Source: Salpingoeca rosetta
Lineage: Eukaryota; Protista; Choanoflagellata
Length of the DNA: 64,000 bases
Direction: 5' to 3'
Assembly (NCBI GenBank): GCA_033442325.1
Contig: JAWQFM010000020.1
Coordinates: forward strand, 747,233-811,232
The notes beneath the pieces are model-generated. The model was not told the origin of the DNA. It was given only the letters and a program-made list of their open reading frames with translations, and did no database searches. This document shows, one piece after another, positions 1-14,400 of the stretch. The position numbers and the translations under genes are program-made. Every line of letters starts with the position of its first letter. Within the stretch, counting starts at the first letter, position 1.

Positions 1-2055
1 CGAACACAACACAACACAACACAACTCCAACACATTTCAACACAACACAACTCAACACAAACACAACACAACACAACACAAACACACACACACTCACACA
101 GAGAGAGGCATGTGACTGACGTTGAGGTGGATGAACTGGAGGATGCGCTTGTGGGTGAGGATGGAGATTGCGTTGCCCGTGTACGAGTCAATCACGGGCA
201 GGCGGTGGATGCGATACTCAAGCAGCATCGTCAGCGCCTCAAGCACGCTGGGGAGGTGGGGGTGAGGTGAGGGGTGGTGTGTTAAGGGTGAGATTGGGGA
301 TGATAACATGGTGGTGTGGTGGAGTGATGGCACGCTTGGAATATGAGACGCAGGTCCACATGCGACCACATGCGCACGGCAACGCATATAACTACACACC
401 TGAGTGAAGGGTCCATGCACGCGAGTGTGTGCGGTCGCTTATCACTCGACATGTCTGATACAGGCAGGGAAGAACGCAGCCAATGTGGATCAAGTATTAA
501 CGAATGAGAAGCGCACAGTCGTGCATTGCACACACCCTTATGCAACAAACACACACACATACAACACATACAACACGCCACAACACATTCAACACGCCAC
601 AACCCCAACACACCACAACACATTCAACACGCCACAACCCCAACACACCACAACACATTACAACATACCCCCTCCACACCCAACCCCCCCCCCCAAACAA
701 AACATCAGGTTGGAGCACGGACCGCGCCACGTCTGGATCCTGTGCTCCTCAAGCTCCTCCATCTTGCTGTCGGGGGAGACGTAGTACTTGAGCAGGATGT
801 TGATGAAGTCGGTCACCGTCAACATGCCCACAAACTGCTGCTTGCGCGAGTCCCACAGCGGCGCTGAGCGGATCTGATTCTGCACCAGCGCAAAGAACGC
901 CTTCTTCACCTGTGCACAGCAAGAGGAAGAAAGGGGGGGTATGGGGTTGCGCGGGGTTGTGTGCGAATGTGCATGTGTGAGTGCACAAATGTGCATGTGT
1001 GTGCATGTGTGTGCATGTGTAAGTGCGCGCATTTGTGTGTGTGTGTGAGGCAACAGCAGAAAACGAACAGCACAACACGGCTGGGCAGGTTAACAAACAA
1101 CACGCAACAGCAGCAGAGGCAAGCAGCACCAAGCAGCACCAGCACATGTGTCAGCTGCAACGCACGTGCAGTTGTGTATCGAGGACGACCATCTTCACGC
1201 TCACGGGCATCATATCGTAGCACGTGAACCGGCTCAGAAACCGCCTGGCGCAATTGCCGTGTTGATGGCGGTGGTGGTGGTGGTGGTGGTGATGGTGGTG
1301 AAGTGAGGTGAGGAGGGAAAGCAGAGCAAGGCTTGATCAAAGGTACGGACACACACACACACACACCGACACGCACACAAGACATGAGCCATGTTGCGTA
1401 TCGTGGCAGTGCTGGCAGACCTGATGGCGTCCTGCTCTTCTTCAACGGTGGTGCCCGCCGCTGAACTGCGGGGAGGATACACGCACACGCATGCACACGC
1501 ATGCACACGCATGCACACGCGGCGTGAGGATGACAGGCTTGTGCACTGGAGCCCACACGCAAACACATGCAAACACACACGCACACATACAAACACACAC
1601 AAACACACACACACACACAAATATACACGTACAAACACACACAAATATACACGCACACGTACAAACACACAAATACACACAAACACACGCACAAATACAC
1701 ACGCACACAAACAAGCACAGCACATACGACTACAGAAGCACACAAAACCACACACAGGTACAGCGCTTTACTGCACTGTCTCTTACAGGGACTCGCTGGA
1801 GATGTTCTGTGATCGTGTTTGCGACGGCGTCGGTGACGTCGCCAAGGATGATCTCTGCATTGAGTACAATCCCGTGGACGCACACACATGAACAAACATG
1901 GGGCAGGGCGTGGCATCAGCGTACGTTGATTTGCTTCTGTGGCGGATGAAACACACACACACACACTCTCTCTCTCTCCCACTCTCTCACGCAAACACGC
2001 AAACACGCAAACACGCAAACACGCAAACACACACGCACACACGCAAGCACACGCA

Positions 2056-2116
<61 letters not shown>

Positions 2117-2813
2117 AGCTGCTGTGGTGCGCATGACATACGTCGCTGCCGTTGGCGGGAAGGGTGGCAGACGGCGCCCCCAGGGACGAGCTCGCCGTTG
2201 CAGCCACATCGCGTGGCTGCGGCCGCGATTTCGACGGCGTGTACGAGTGCTTGGTCATGGTGAGCTGTTCCTCCTTCTGGCGGGGCCGGCCGGAGAACAG
2301 CGGGCCATCCTGGAGCGGTTCACTGTCCACCAGCCGCGTCTCACTGCTCGTGCTGTCTGTTCGGGATCGCTGCGGCGTTCCGTCTGCATCCGAGGAGCCT
2401 CGCAGGAAGTGCCCATCGTTCAGCATCTGCCGCAGCGTAAGCACGGAGGGAGATGGTGGTGGCACGCGCGGTGGTTGTGGTGGTGACGACAGACGCGTTG
2501 ACAGGGGCAATAACAACGACGGTGGCGGTGGCGTGAATGAAGACGATGTCCGCGTTGATGAAGATGACGTTGTCGACGTGGTTGCAGAGGATTTGGAGGA
2601 CGAGGATGAGGCAGAGAACCGGGAGGCAGGGCCAGTCGTGGTGGGGGTGGCGGTTTTCGTCATCGTCGACACCGTTGTCGCAGTCGAAGAGGGTCGAGCG
2701 GACGGTTTCGCAGAAGATGACGGTGGGCGCGTGGCACCATGATCGCAGGAGAACCACATGATTGATTGTCAGCTCAAGCAAGTGGGATCAGCAAACACAA
2801 GCAGCAAATGGCT

Positions 2814-2844
<31 letters not shown>

Positions 2845-2997
2845 CAAGACAGAGCCTCTGCCAAGGAAGGCAAGAGCACAATGCGCACAACAAACGAGTA
2901 TTCTTCACCGTGTGCCTTCACATCGCATCAGACTGACTGACCTGCACCGCATTTGTTGTTGGTACTTGATATTGCCGCGGTGGCTGCGGCTGCTGCG

Positions 2998-3028
<31 letters not shown>

Positions 3029-3040
3029 ATGATGTGACAT
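1..3040 (-). CDS. PRKAG: AMP-activated protein kinase gamma subunit (CBS domains), multi-exon, 3' end beyond window start
   Basis: Exons encode [23 protein letters not shown] (~1165-1235), [43 protein letters not shown] (~725-910) and [26 protein letters not shown] (~120-249), which are hallmark AMPK-gamma CBS1-2 sequences. Long S/T/P-rich N-terminus (~2140-2750). The start at 3040 (MSHHQQQQ) is tentative. Confidence 0.92.
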
Positions 3041-3364
3041 GGCGAGCGAGCTGGGCAGCTCCACCAACACAAACGCAGACACAAAGACAGGAGACAGAAG
3101 ACAAAGACAAGGAAAGACAAAGCACAATCGAACAGGCCCCCTCTGTTCCTCTGGTCTTGTTCTTGTGTTCAAGCTGTTGTGTGTCAACTCGGTGGAGCGA
3201 GTGAGGAGAGGAGAGGTCAGGAGCTGAAGATCTGCCGTGGCGTGGGGTGTGTGTTGTCGTTCTTGCTGGCTGCAGTTGCAAATTGCTGCCCTGATGGACG
3301 GTGTAGATGATTTGTGAACATCTTCCACACCTTCACGTTCATCTTCTGCAATTGGCAAATAGCC

Positions 3365-3371
3365 TGGCAAC
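3365..3371 (-). promoter_or_regulatory. Candidate RFX (X-box half-site) motif GTTGCCA upstream of DRC10
   Basis: TGGCAAC on + strand, ~360 bp before the DRC10 ATG. Confidence 0.45.
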
Positions 3372-3732
3372 AAGCAAGCAGCCAACAGCAAAGACGAAGA
3401 ACACAGCAGCACAACAGCACACACCATCAACTATCGCTCACCCGACCAGCACCACCCACCTGCCTGCGTGCCCTGAGCACGCCTTGACCTCCAGCGCGCT
3501 CGCTCTCTCGCTCTCTCTCTCTCTCTCAACAGCCCGGGCTTCTTTGTGACAGCACCCTTTTCTCTTTCCTTGTTTGTTGCGTTGGTTCTTTACACAACAC
3601 AACACAACACAACACAACACAACACAACACAACACAACACACACACACACACATTCACATTCATACACCCCACAAGCACACACATAACCCCACCCCCAGA
3701 AGCACACACATAACCCCACCCCCAGACGCAAC

Positions 3733-4448
3733 ATGAGTCAACAACAGCAGCGCATCAACTCCGTGGTCGGCGAGCGGATCGCGGCCGTGGTCGACGACAT
3801 GCTGACGCGCTGTGCGCTGTTGCCGCACCTGTGCTCGGCCTGCGTTGTTCGCGACGACGCAAACGAGAGCGACGCAGAAAACGCACGCCCAGCGTCCAAC
3901 ACATCCGAGTTTGCGTGGGACGGCGCATCGCAGCTGAGCGAGGACACGCTGCAGATGCTGCAGGCACACAGACGAACAGAGAAGACATACGCCGCCGACA
4001 CAGACAACCGCGAGCTCAGCATTGCCGTGGAGGAGTCCACCCGCAAGCTCATGCACCACCTCAGCAAGCGGCCGCACGAGGCGCAGGCGCTGCGGCAGCG
4101 GCCGGTGCACCTGCCGGAATCGTTCAAGACACTCACGCAGCGGCTGCAGCAGCTCCGCGATGTGCTCTACCTCAAACTCACAACCAACGTCGAGGATGAG
4201 CGCAGCCAGCAGGAGAAGGTCAACAAGCTTCGCGCCAACGAGAAGAAGAACATTGCGACCCTCAAGTCGCTGGAGACGAAATTGCGGCAGGCGCAGCGCG
4301 AGCATCACCAGGAGACCGAGCGGAGAGACGCCATCATCGCAGACCTCGAGGTGTGTGTGTGTGTGTGTGTGTGTGTATGCGTGTAAATGTGTGTGTGTGT
4401 GCGTTTGTGTGTGTTTGCGTGTGTGTGTGTGCGTTTGTGTATGTTTGC

Positions 4449-4503
<55 letters not shown>

Positions 4504-5101
4504 AATGTGTGCGTGTGCGTGTAAACCATTTCTGTTGTGCTGCTGTGCCAATTCCTGATACCGTCTGGCAATATGTGCGACGCGCGTATAGGATGATTTG
4601 GACTTTATCGCTCACAGCGCCGCAGAACACAGCAGGCAAACCCTGCGCGAGGCCAGGCGCAAGTACGTTGCTGTTGTGCCGTGTGTGTGTCTGTCTGTCT
4701 GTGTCTCTGTGTCTGTGTGTGTCTGTGTCTGTGTGTGCCCTTGTTGCCACATTGTCTTGCGCACTCTCATGTTTGCGCCACGTCATTCTCATTCACGCAC
4801 ACGCACACATCCACCTGCACACATGTTCACACTTGCTTGGTCCAGGCAAGACCATCACGAGCACACGATGAACACGGACGGCAAACAGCTCAACGAGCAG
4901 CTGGACAAGCTGGAAAAGGTGACGACGATGACGACGATGATAGTGATGATGACGATGATGGTGATGGTGATGATGCTGGTGGTGAGAAGGAGTGAAGATA
5001 TTGTTCATATGTGTGTGTTTTCGCAAGTCATTCCCTCCCTCCTCCCACTTGCCTTCAACACTCACCCCACTCGCCACATGCCTGCTCCCAAACGCTTCTA
5101 A

Positions 5102-5133
<32 letters not shown>

Positions 5134-5835
5134 GCTCGCATCAGGAGCTTGCGAGCATGAGGAAGAAGCACAAGGACGAGGAAACAAAGCTGCGCAAGCG
5201 AAAGCTGAAGCTGCAGGCGCAGATAGAGGGGTGGATCATGAAGTACGACCAGGACATGGGCGAGAAGCAACGCGAACTCGACGGTATTCAGCAGCAATAT
5301 GGCGCAGAGTCGAAGCAGCTGCAGGAGCTGGAGGAACGGTTCAACGTGCTTGAGATTGAGTACAATCGCATTATGGAGGAGAGGCGAGCGGAGCGCGAGT
5401 ACAAGCAGCAGGCGGAGGAAGAGATGCAGAAGATGATACGCGCTGCCCTGCTCATCCAGTCCTGTTGGAAGGCATACAAGTCCCGCAAGGTACGGTGACT
5501 TCTTGGCGGGGGGGGGGCTGGGGGATTGTTGTGTGTTTTGTGTTATGTGTGTTGTGTATGCATGCACTTGTTTGTGTGTGGGTGTGGGTGTGGGTGTGGG
5601 TGGGTGCGTTTGTGGGTGGGTTTGCGTGTGTGGGTGCGTGGGTGCGTGGGTGCGTGGGTGCGTGGGTGCGTGGGTGTGTACGCAGGCCTGTGTGGTCTTC
5701 TGAGTGCGTCTCTGTGTGCGTTCCGCCATTGTACTCACTCTCCATCATGTGTGCGCCCATCCCACGTGTGGTCACCAGGCCGCACGAAAGGCGGCTGCCA
5801 AGAAGAACAAGAAGAAGGGAAAGAAGAAGAAGTAA
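3733..5835 (+). CDS. DRC10: Dynein regulatory complex subunit 10 / IQ motif-containing protein D
   Basis: Coiled-coil protein with [27 protein letters not shown] and an IQ motif ([16 protein letters not shown]), ending in a Lys-rich tail [11 protein letters not shown] (5779-5835), as in IQCD/DRC10. GT-AG introns, e.g. 4351 and 5490. Confidence 0.85.
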
Positions 5836-6154
5836 GGAACGTCCACATGCAACGAAGACAACTTGTTTTCGCTGTTGTCGCTGTACTTTTTCTCTGCTCT
5901 TCGTCCTGTTACAAAGCATCGCAGAGAGAGCGGGAGGGAGAGGGAGGGAGAGACGAGGGAAGGAGGATAAGGAGGGGAGTGCTGTTGTGGCTCGTGTCGG
6001 TGCGTGTGCAGAGGTGTCTTGTCTTGTTGGATATGAATGCCGGTGCGCGTTTGTCCCATGCCAGTGCCACAGCGCCACACAGCGCAAACGCCTCTTGCCT
6101 TGCTTGCCTTGCTGAATTTTGTAGCATATCTTTCATAAACTCTCCAGGTGCGTT

Positions 6155-6165
6155 GTTGCCAAGAC
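6155..6165 (+). promoter_or_regulatory. Candidate RFX motif GTTGCCA(AGAC) upstream of EFHC1
   Basis: GTTGCCA ~250 bp before the EFHC1 ATG; a second TGGCAAC at 6475-6481 in intron 1. Confidence 0.5.
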
Positions 6166-6409
6166 GATTGTCATTTCCACACACACACTCCATCAAACCA
6201 ACAACACCACAACACCACACCCGAAGCAACCCCAGGTCTGTGGATGTGTGTGCATGTGCATGTGTGTGCGTTTGCTAATGCCCTCCTGGTTGTGTGCCTC
6301 CTCTTCCTCCCCTCACTCCTCTCGTTTCCTCTCGTATGCTTGTGTACTGTATTATTCATACGTCATTGTCTCCTGTGCCGCTCGCTGCAGACAGCAATCA
6401 CAGCACACC

Positions 6410-8262
6410 ATGTCAAGTGTCAAGAAAACAGCGCCGCTGCTGCCTGGTTTCACCTTCCAGGATCCCACGGTTGGTGGCAACAATGAGCAGCGTGTGTCAC
6501 CTGCTCCTTGTCAACTCGCACCAGTGCTGCAAACATCACAAACATGGAACACCAACACGCGCGCGTGTCCTCTCGCATACAAGCTTGCACGCTCCCATGC
6601 ACTCACACACTCACACACACACATGCACTCACACTCACACTCACACACACGCACACACACGCACACGCGCACACGCAAATGCACACGCAAACGCACACGC
6701 CCCGTTCAGCAAACGCGGTTCCCACGATCCCAAACGCTGTCCAAGACAGCAGGCCGTGGTGATGATGCAGAAGAGGTGAGCGAGGACGACCTGCGCCGGC
6801 TGCAGGAGCAAACAAAGCGCCTTGCCTTCCAGACCACCACACGCAGAGAAACAGAGAAGGCCGCATTGCCCATTCGAACCCCAGCACACATCCCAGCCTA
6901 CGTCGCTCTTGACAAGAAGGTGCAACACACTCCCCCTCCTGCAGTGTTGCATCAAACATGGCATCATCATGTCATGTCGCTGTTGCCTTCAACCGTGATG
7001 TCGTGTATTTCATGTTGTCCATCCATTTCGTCAGACACACACACACACGCACATGCACGCACACGAAACAATGCATCGTCGCGTGTGAGCCCATCGAGCC
7101 TCACTCTGCTTGCACCTCCATGTCGCTGCTCAGGTCCTGACATTTGATGGCTACTTCAAGGAAACGGTCACAGAGTCTGCGGAGGAGCACTTCCGCGTGC
7201 GCCGCGTCAAGGTCGGTGGTCTTGATGCCACTGGGCTCTGCATCTGATGCTGATGAGTTGAACACCTCCAGCTGTGAAGCTGCTCTTCCTCACCCTTCCG
7301 TGTCGTCCACCTCCCATCACGTCCACATGCACCTGAGACGGTCGTCATGCGCTGCTGCTCAGTCTCACATTTACACACATGAACACACGTTCATTCACAT
7401 TTACACACATGCACACACACGCACACACGCACATACACGTACGTATACATTCACACACGTTCACTTTCTATTGCCTCTGCCTTGCTGACGCCTTTCTTCC
7501 CCTTCCTCAACCCCTCCAATCTCGACCATCCGCGCGCGCCATTGCACCGCGTACTCAGATCTACTACCATCTTGAGGATGACACCATGTCTGTGCTCGAG
7601 CCCCCCGTCCCCAACAGCGGTCTCCCCCAGGGCAAGCTCATTCGTCGCCAGCGCCTGCCCAAGGACGCGCGCGGCAACACGTGGTCGTGGAAGGACCTGA
7701 ACGTCGGCATGAACCTCCCCATCTACGGCCGCGTCTTCCGCGTCACAGACTGCGACGCCTTCACAAAGGTGTGTGTGTGTGTGTGTCTGTGTGTGTGTGT
7801 GTGTGGTGCGCCTGTGTGTGTGTGTGTTGTGTGTCTGTGTGTCTGTGTGTGTATGTGTGTGTGTGTGTGTGTGTGCAGGTAAGCTTACCTCGAACTGTGG
7901 TTCATTTCCTTCAGCTTCTTCTAACACTCGCACTTGCCCCATGTCACTCCCTTCCCTTACCCCACCCTCTCACCTCCCGCCACCACAAACAACCACGCCC
8001 CCCCCCCCTTCGCAGGAATTCCTTCTGTCCAACGGCATTGAGCTGAATGCGACGGAGCAAGTGCCGGAGGACCCGTACACGGTGAAGCGCAAGGTTGTGG
8101 AGCAGCCGTCCACGCTGGCCACCACCAAGAGCGACTTTGACAAGCTGAAGCAGTTTATTGAGCTCGATCGAAAGGTGCTGCGCTTCTACTGCGTATGGGA
8201 CGACCGCGCAAACCTCTACGGCGAACTCAGGCCCTTTGTGAGTATGACACACGCTGTGCGGC

Positions 8263-8325
<63 letters not shown>

Positions 8326-8704
8326 GCTGTGTGCTGTGCTGTGTGCTGTGCTGTGTTTACTTTGTATGCTTTGTATGCTTTGTATGTCTGTGTGTCATGC
8401 TTCCGTGTGTCTCTCTTATCGCTCTTTGCATCACTCCCTCCATCTCATCCCACCCTTTCCATCTCATCAGCTCACATGCCCCCGCCCTCCTTTGAAACAT
8501 CCCTCCGCCACTACAGACGCTGCTGTACTTTCTCGTTGACGACACGATTGAGATCCGGGAGCAGCACCAACCGAACGATGGGCGCGACAACTTCCCGCTC
8601 CTCCTCCGCCGCCAGCGCGTCCCAAAGAACCCAAAGAACATCCCACGTGAGCACAGCCCCGTTTGTTTGTTTGTCTGTCTGTATCTTTGCGTGCGCGCGC
8701 GCGC

Positions 8705-8785
<81 letters not shown>

Positions 8786-10305
8786 CTTTTTGCCTTTCTC
8801 ACCATTCCCTCCCCCTCGTCTCACATCAACACCACCTCACCTTGGGCACCAGGCGCGTTCCCGAAGATTGTGATGGAGCCGTCGCAGGAGGAAGAGGGCG
8901 ACTACATTGGGCCCGAGGACCTCGGCATTGGCGCACGCGTCTTCATCCTCGGAAGGTGCGCTGCCCCACACCTGTCGCAGTGGTGGTGGTGTTGCCGTTC
9001 TTGCTCTTGCTCTTGCCCTTGTTCTTGTTCCTGTTCTTGTTCCTGTTCCTGTTCTTGTTCTTGTCGCTCTTGTTCTTGTTCTTGTTGCTGTTATTCTCGT
9101 CAGTTCCTTCCCACTCTCATCCTCACCCACCTCCACCCCACCCCCATCCCTTCTTTCCTTCGCTGCCCTCCTCCTCATCCTCCTAACTCCCCCCCCCCCT
9201 TTCTACTAGAGAGCTGCTGCTGTGCGACTGCGATGAGTTTACGCGCGAGTTTTACCGCCGGAACTTCAACGTGGAGGACTTCACCCCCATTGATGTTGAG
9301 GACCCGTTGACAGAGGACGCCCCTGTGGAAATTCCGCCGCACACCGGATTTGGCACTCACGAGGACTCCATGCAGAGCGTGCTGGCCCTGCAGCCAAAGC
9401 CACCAAAGGCAGACATTGGCAAGCTCCTCAAATACGACAACAAGGTGTGTGTGTGTGTGTGTGTGTGTGTTGTGTGTGGTTTGGAACAACTTACATTCTA
9501 CCTTGAACACCATCTCCATTGTCCCTCACGACCGCTATCTCGACGCCTGTTCCCGCTTGCTGTCTTCATCCACATGCCTGCTCACCCATCCCATATCTCT
9601 CTCGGCCTTTACTGCCGCCGCCCCCCTCCCTTCCCTTCTTGTTCGTCTAGTCCCTTCGCTTCTCTGCGCGCATGAAGACGGAGAACCCCATTGACGCCGA
9701 GCGCCGGTTCATCGTGTCCTACCACCTCTCCTCGGACACCATCTCCATCTTCGAGCCACGCTCGCGCGAGACGCACGGCGGGAAGTTCCTGGAGGCCACG
9801 CGCGTGCGCAAGCCCGGCTGCGACAAGCACAACCCTGTGTACTATGGCGACTTTGACCTCTACCCTGGCATGGAATTGGAGGTGCGGCAGCATGTGGGCG
9901 ATGGAGAGATAGTGGGCGGTTTTTGGTTGCGCTGGTCGCTTGCTGTGGTGTGTTCTTGCGTCTGCGATGTGTGTCTCCAGCTGCGGTGCATGTCTCTTCA
10001 CTTGCCCCCCCCCCAATCACTTCACGCCTTCTCACAATGTTCTTCTCGCCTCACGCGCAATCCCTTGCCACCTCCCACTTGCATCTGCAGGTGTTTGGCC
10101 GCACGTTTGTGCTTGAGGACTGCGACAAGTTTGTGCTCAAGTTCATTCAAGAGAACGCGCACCAGTACCCGCAGGCCGCCCTGGACCAGCTCTCAAAGAA
10201 GTACAACATCCTCTTCGACACAAAGTACGCTCGCTGCGTCTGTGTGTATGTGTATGTGTATGTGTGTGTGTATGTATGTATGTATGTATGTATGTGTGTG
10301 TGTGC

Positions 10306-10343
<38 letters not shown>

Positions 10344-10916
10344 GTGTGTGTGTCTGTGTGTGTTTGCTTACGTGCATTTTGCGTTCTGTCGTCGTGACAC
10401 CTTCGCGTTGTTTGGTCATGCACAACCCCCCTTCTCACCACCCCCCTCTCCTCCCCCTCTCCTCCCCCCCCCCCCAAATTGCCACCACCAGTACGGATGC
10501 GGCAGATGCACTTGACTCTGCACGCAAGGCGCTGCGTGACCGCGGGTTCTCCAGCTTTGATCTCGTGCACAAGCGCCTGGCGCAACTCGACGCCAACGAC
10601 CGCGGCGTCCTCCACCAGGACACCGTCTACGACACGTGCCTCGAGGTGAGCCGCCATTCCTGCTGATGCTGGTGGAGGGAAATGCTGCTGGTGCCTGTGG
10701 TTTCGCGGCTGCGTGTATCGACACGTGTGCGCCCGTTTGTTCAGCTGTCCCCTCACCACCACCACCACGCCTCTGCGGCTCTCTTCTGTCTCTTCTCAGA
10801 TCGGCCTCCCCCTGGGCAATGGCCTGATGACGGCGCTGCTGGGCCAGTGCGACGTGGGCGAGGGCATGGTTGACTACCGCCGCTTTGTCGACATGCTCGC
10901 CAGAGACGACGCATAG
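6410..10916 (+). CDS. EFHC1: EF-hand domain-containing protein 1 / Rib72 (three DM10 domains + C-terminal EF-hands), ciliary microtubule inner protein
   Basis: N-terminal [12 protein letters not shown]; DM10 motifs [66 protein letters not shown] and [25 protein letters not shown]; EF-hand-like [14 protein letters not shown] at the end. Confidence 0.93.
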
Positions 10917-11442
10917 TGGCTGCGGGCATGTGCTTGCTTGCGTGTCGTTTGCTTCCTTTGTGTCGTTGAATTGCGAGTGTCTAACTGTCTCGGTGTGTCT
11001 TAAGATGTCTCGTTGTGTTTGCGAGCGAGTGCCTCGTGCTTACATTTTGTGAATTCATCAAACCAGCAGCATTCTATTCTGTCTGTTCATTGCGCGTTGT
11101 GTTGTGGGTTGCGTTTGTTTGTTGGTTGTCTCCCTTGGTCTTTGCCTCAATCTCCTTGTCTCATTCCTTCCCCCCCCCTCCCCAAACTGTTGCATAAACC
11201 CCCAAAGCTTTGCGTTCACAACCATGCGTTTTTGGTGCTGACGGTTCCGTGTGTGTGTGTTAATGGCGAGAACGAACGGGAAAGGGCAACAACAAACAAA
11301 AACACACTCGCACGAAACAGTCACAGCAAGGCCGCCCAAGCAAGCGACCACACATGCCCTCACTCACAGCGACATCAACGACCACATCAGTGTGCCAAGC
11401 AAGCAAGCACGTTCGTACATGCGCGCATGCGCGTGTGCATTG

Positions 11443-14400
11443 TTACTTCTTGCTCTTGGCTGCCGTCTCTTCGTCGTAGTCTGGGTTCTTGCGGCAAATG
11501 ACAAACCCTTCCAGGGTGGGCGTAAGCGGCACGTATTCCTCTGTCGCCAGCTGCGCGCGCTCTCCAAAGCCAAGCAGCACGGGCGTGTTGTTCGTCACAA
11601 AGCCAGTGATGGTCTTGGGCTTGCCTGTTGCGGTGCATGTAGCGGAGGCGGTTGTATGGTGTTGTGAGGAGCGTTGTGAGGGGGTGTACTTGTTGGAGAG
11701 ATGAGGGCAAGGGTTGCATGCAAGCAGGGAATAATGAACGAAGGCATGTGCGTTCAACACACAAGCTACGACGGGGCAGCATCACGCACCCTGCAAAACA
11801 GCCACCCCATCGAGTCGCTCACACTCAAGAACCTTCTCACTCTCCACCACGACTCAGAAGTGCAGCCGCACCTGCTTGGCCGACGACGTCGACGGCCTGG
11901 CCGACGCGGACGGTGAGGGAAAGTGGGTTGAGGTCCTCGTCAAAGAGCGACAGGATGCGCGGATGCATCGCAAGCGCCAAGTGGTACAGCATAAAGTGGC
12001 TGTCACCCAACAGCACTGCACAAGCATACATGGATGGTTAAGGGAAAGCACAGGGAAGCAGAGGGGGGGGAGGAAGTGTGAGATGCATTGCTGCGGCCGA
12101 AGCAAAGGCACAGTCAAGAAGCCTATCACTAACACACACACGCACACACACGCACACACACCTTCTTTGACGTCGACGAGGCTGAGGAGCATGGTGAGGA
12201 GGCCTGCGGCGGCGGCGGGAGACAGCAGAGAGCGCTCCGTGTGGAACGGCGACAGCGTGATGCTGCCCTTGCCCGTGTACAGCAGACCCTGCAGGTACAT
12301 GAAAATGCATGGCGCGGTGTGTGAGGGGCGGCTGGCTTACACCATACACACACACAGCACACACAACACATAACACACCACACACAGCACACGCACGCAC
12401 AACACATAACACAACACACACACAACACATAACACAACACACACACAACACATAACACAACACACACACACACACACAATGCACAACGCACAACGCCCTA
12501 CCTGTGCGATGCGGATGACAAACATGGCATCGTTGCTGCGGCTGTAGTACTGCGCAAGGTGGCGCAGCATGCCGGCAATCCTGGCGTGGTTGGTGCCGGC
12601 CCCCATGATGCCAAGTGCAAAGATGGAGTTGTACGCCACCTGCTTGTCCGGGTCGTGCGTCAGCTTGCTCAGAATGTCAAGCACGTTCAACGCAGGGTTG
12701 GACGTGCACAGCAGCGCCATGGCAATCGGCACAGCCCTGTCATTGTGCACACAGGTGGTGTGAGCACGCGGTAATCATTGACGTGGAGACGTGGAAGCAA
12801 AGGGCGGCAGGGCACAGTCACAGCAAATGTATACGCCGAAGAAACAAAGACGAACGCATTCGTGGCAAACGAAGCGTGGGCACGAGCGCACCTCCTGATG
12901 ACGGGCTCGCCATATTGGAGGAGGTGGTTCATGCTGCGCAGCGCCATCTCAACGCCAATGTCCTCCCCCATGGCAACAATCGCAATGCCAATCGTCGCAA
13001 ACGCCTGCAGCGCACGAGAAGGGAGGTTGAGGTTGAGGTTGAGGTTGGCAAGGAAGGGCATTGTGATGGTGGTGGAAGGGCAGCAAGGTAAGAGGGCAAG
13101 GACACGCATTCTATCACAGTTCACGCGTGAGCCAATACCAAGGGCATGCCACACATACATGCACATTCACCTCAACACGTAAACACGCACGTAAACGCAG
13201 AACAACACAACATACACAACATACACAACATACACAACACCACCGCACCTGTGAGAGGTTGTTGCCCTCCTCGCCTTCCTTCTCCTCAATGTGTTCCGAG
13301 CACATGTGCAGGAGCTTCTGGATCTTGAGCACGTTGCCTGTGCCGGCATAGGCGATGCTCTCCACAATCGTCTGGAACACCGTCTTGTACGGCTCCGGCA
13401 CAATGCTCAGCACGTCAGACGCAAGCTGCGCGGAAGCCAAAACGTGCGTGCGTGAGGGGCGAATGCATTGAACAGCAACATGCGGTGCAATGCCCGCGTA
13501 TCATCCACGCACGCACACACACACACACACACCATTCAAGCACACCACAAACTTCACGCACACACCACAAACTTCACGCAAACACACACACACACACACC
13601 AAGCTGCATACGTACCGATGAGCTGGCCTGCTTGCCCATGAAGATGAGGCCGACAGCGACAACAATCATGCGGGCGTGCATGGTGTTGAGCTGCTCCGGC
13701 TTGAGCACCAGCAGGCACTGCACAATGGCCTCTGCAATCTCCATGTTGCCCGTGCCGACGTGGATCTGGCCAAGCGCAATGGCGGCGGTGGCGTGCAGCT
13801 CAAGCTTGGCGTCTGAGTCGTCAAGCACGGGCCGCAGCAGCTCCGTGACAATCTCGTTGGCGGTGCCGGCGTAGGCCAGCCCGAGACCCATCACAGACGA
13901 CACGCGGAACAGGTGCACCTTGCTTGTCACATAGTCTGCGAGCGAACAACACAGATGCGAGCGGTTAATGTGAGCAGCGTCAAGAGAGTTGAAGCACAAT
14001 GCGTTGGAAGACACACCAACAATGCATCGTTGCATAACATACGAGATCGCGGGAGGCTGCTTCACAACTTTCGCACCTAGACACACACACACACACACAC
14101 ACACAACACATGCCTTGGAGGAGGGCGAGCGCGGGCTCGTGCTCGTTGCGAACGGTGGAGTTGACAATGCCAATGGCGAGCAGGGCGCCAGCCTTGACCT
14201 CCTCCTTGTCAGACATCATGTACGCGTCAATCTGGGTCAGGCCACCGTCCACGTCCCACAGCAGCAACATGCCCAGCGACGCAGCAGCAGACATGCGCCC
14301 GCGCTCCTTGTGGTGGTAGATCCACGTGTTGCCCTGCTCAACCAGAATCAACTTGTCGCTGCCAAAACCTGCACGGGTAGCATGAGGTGGATGAGAGAGG

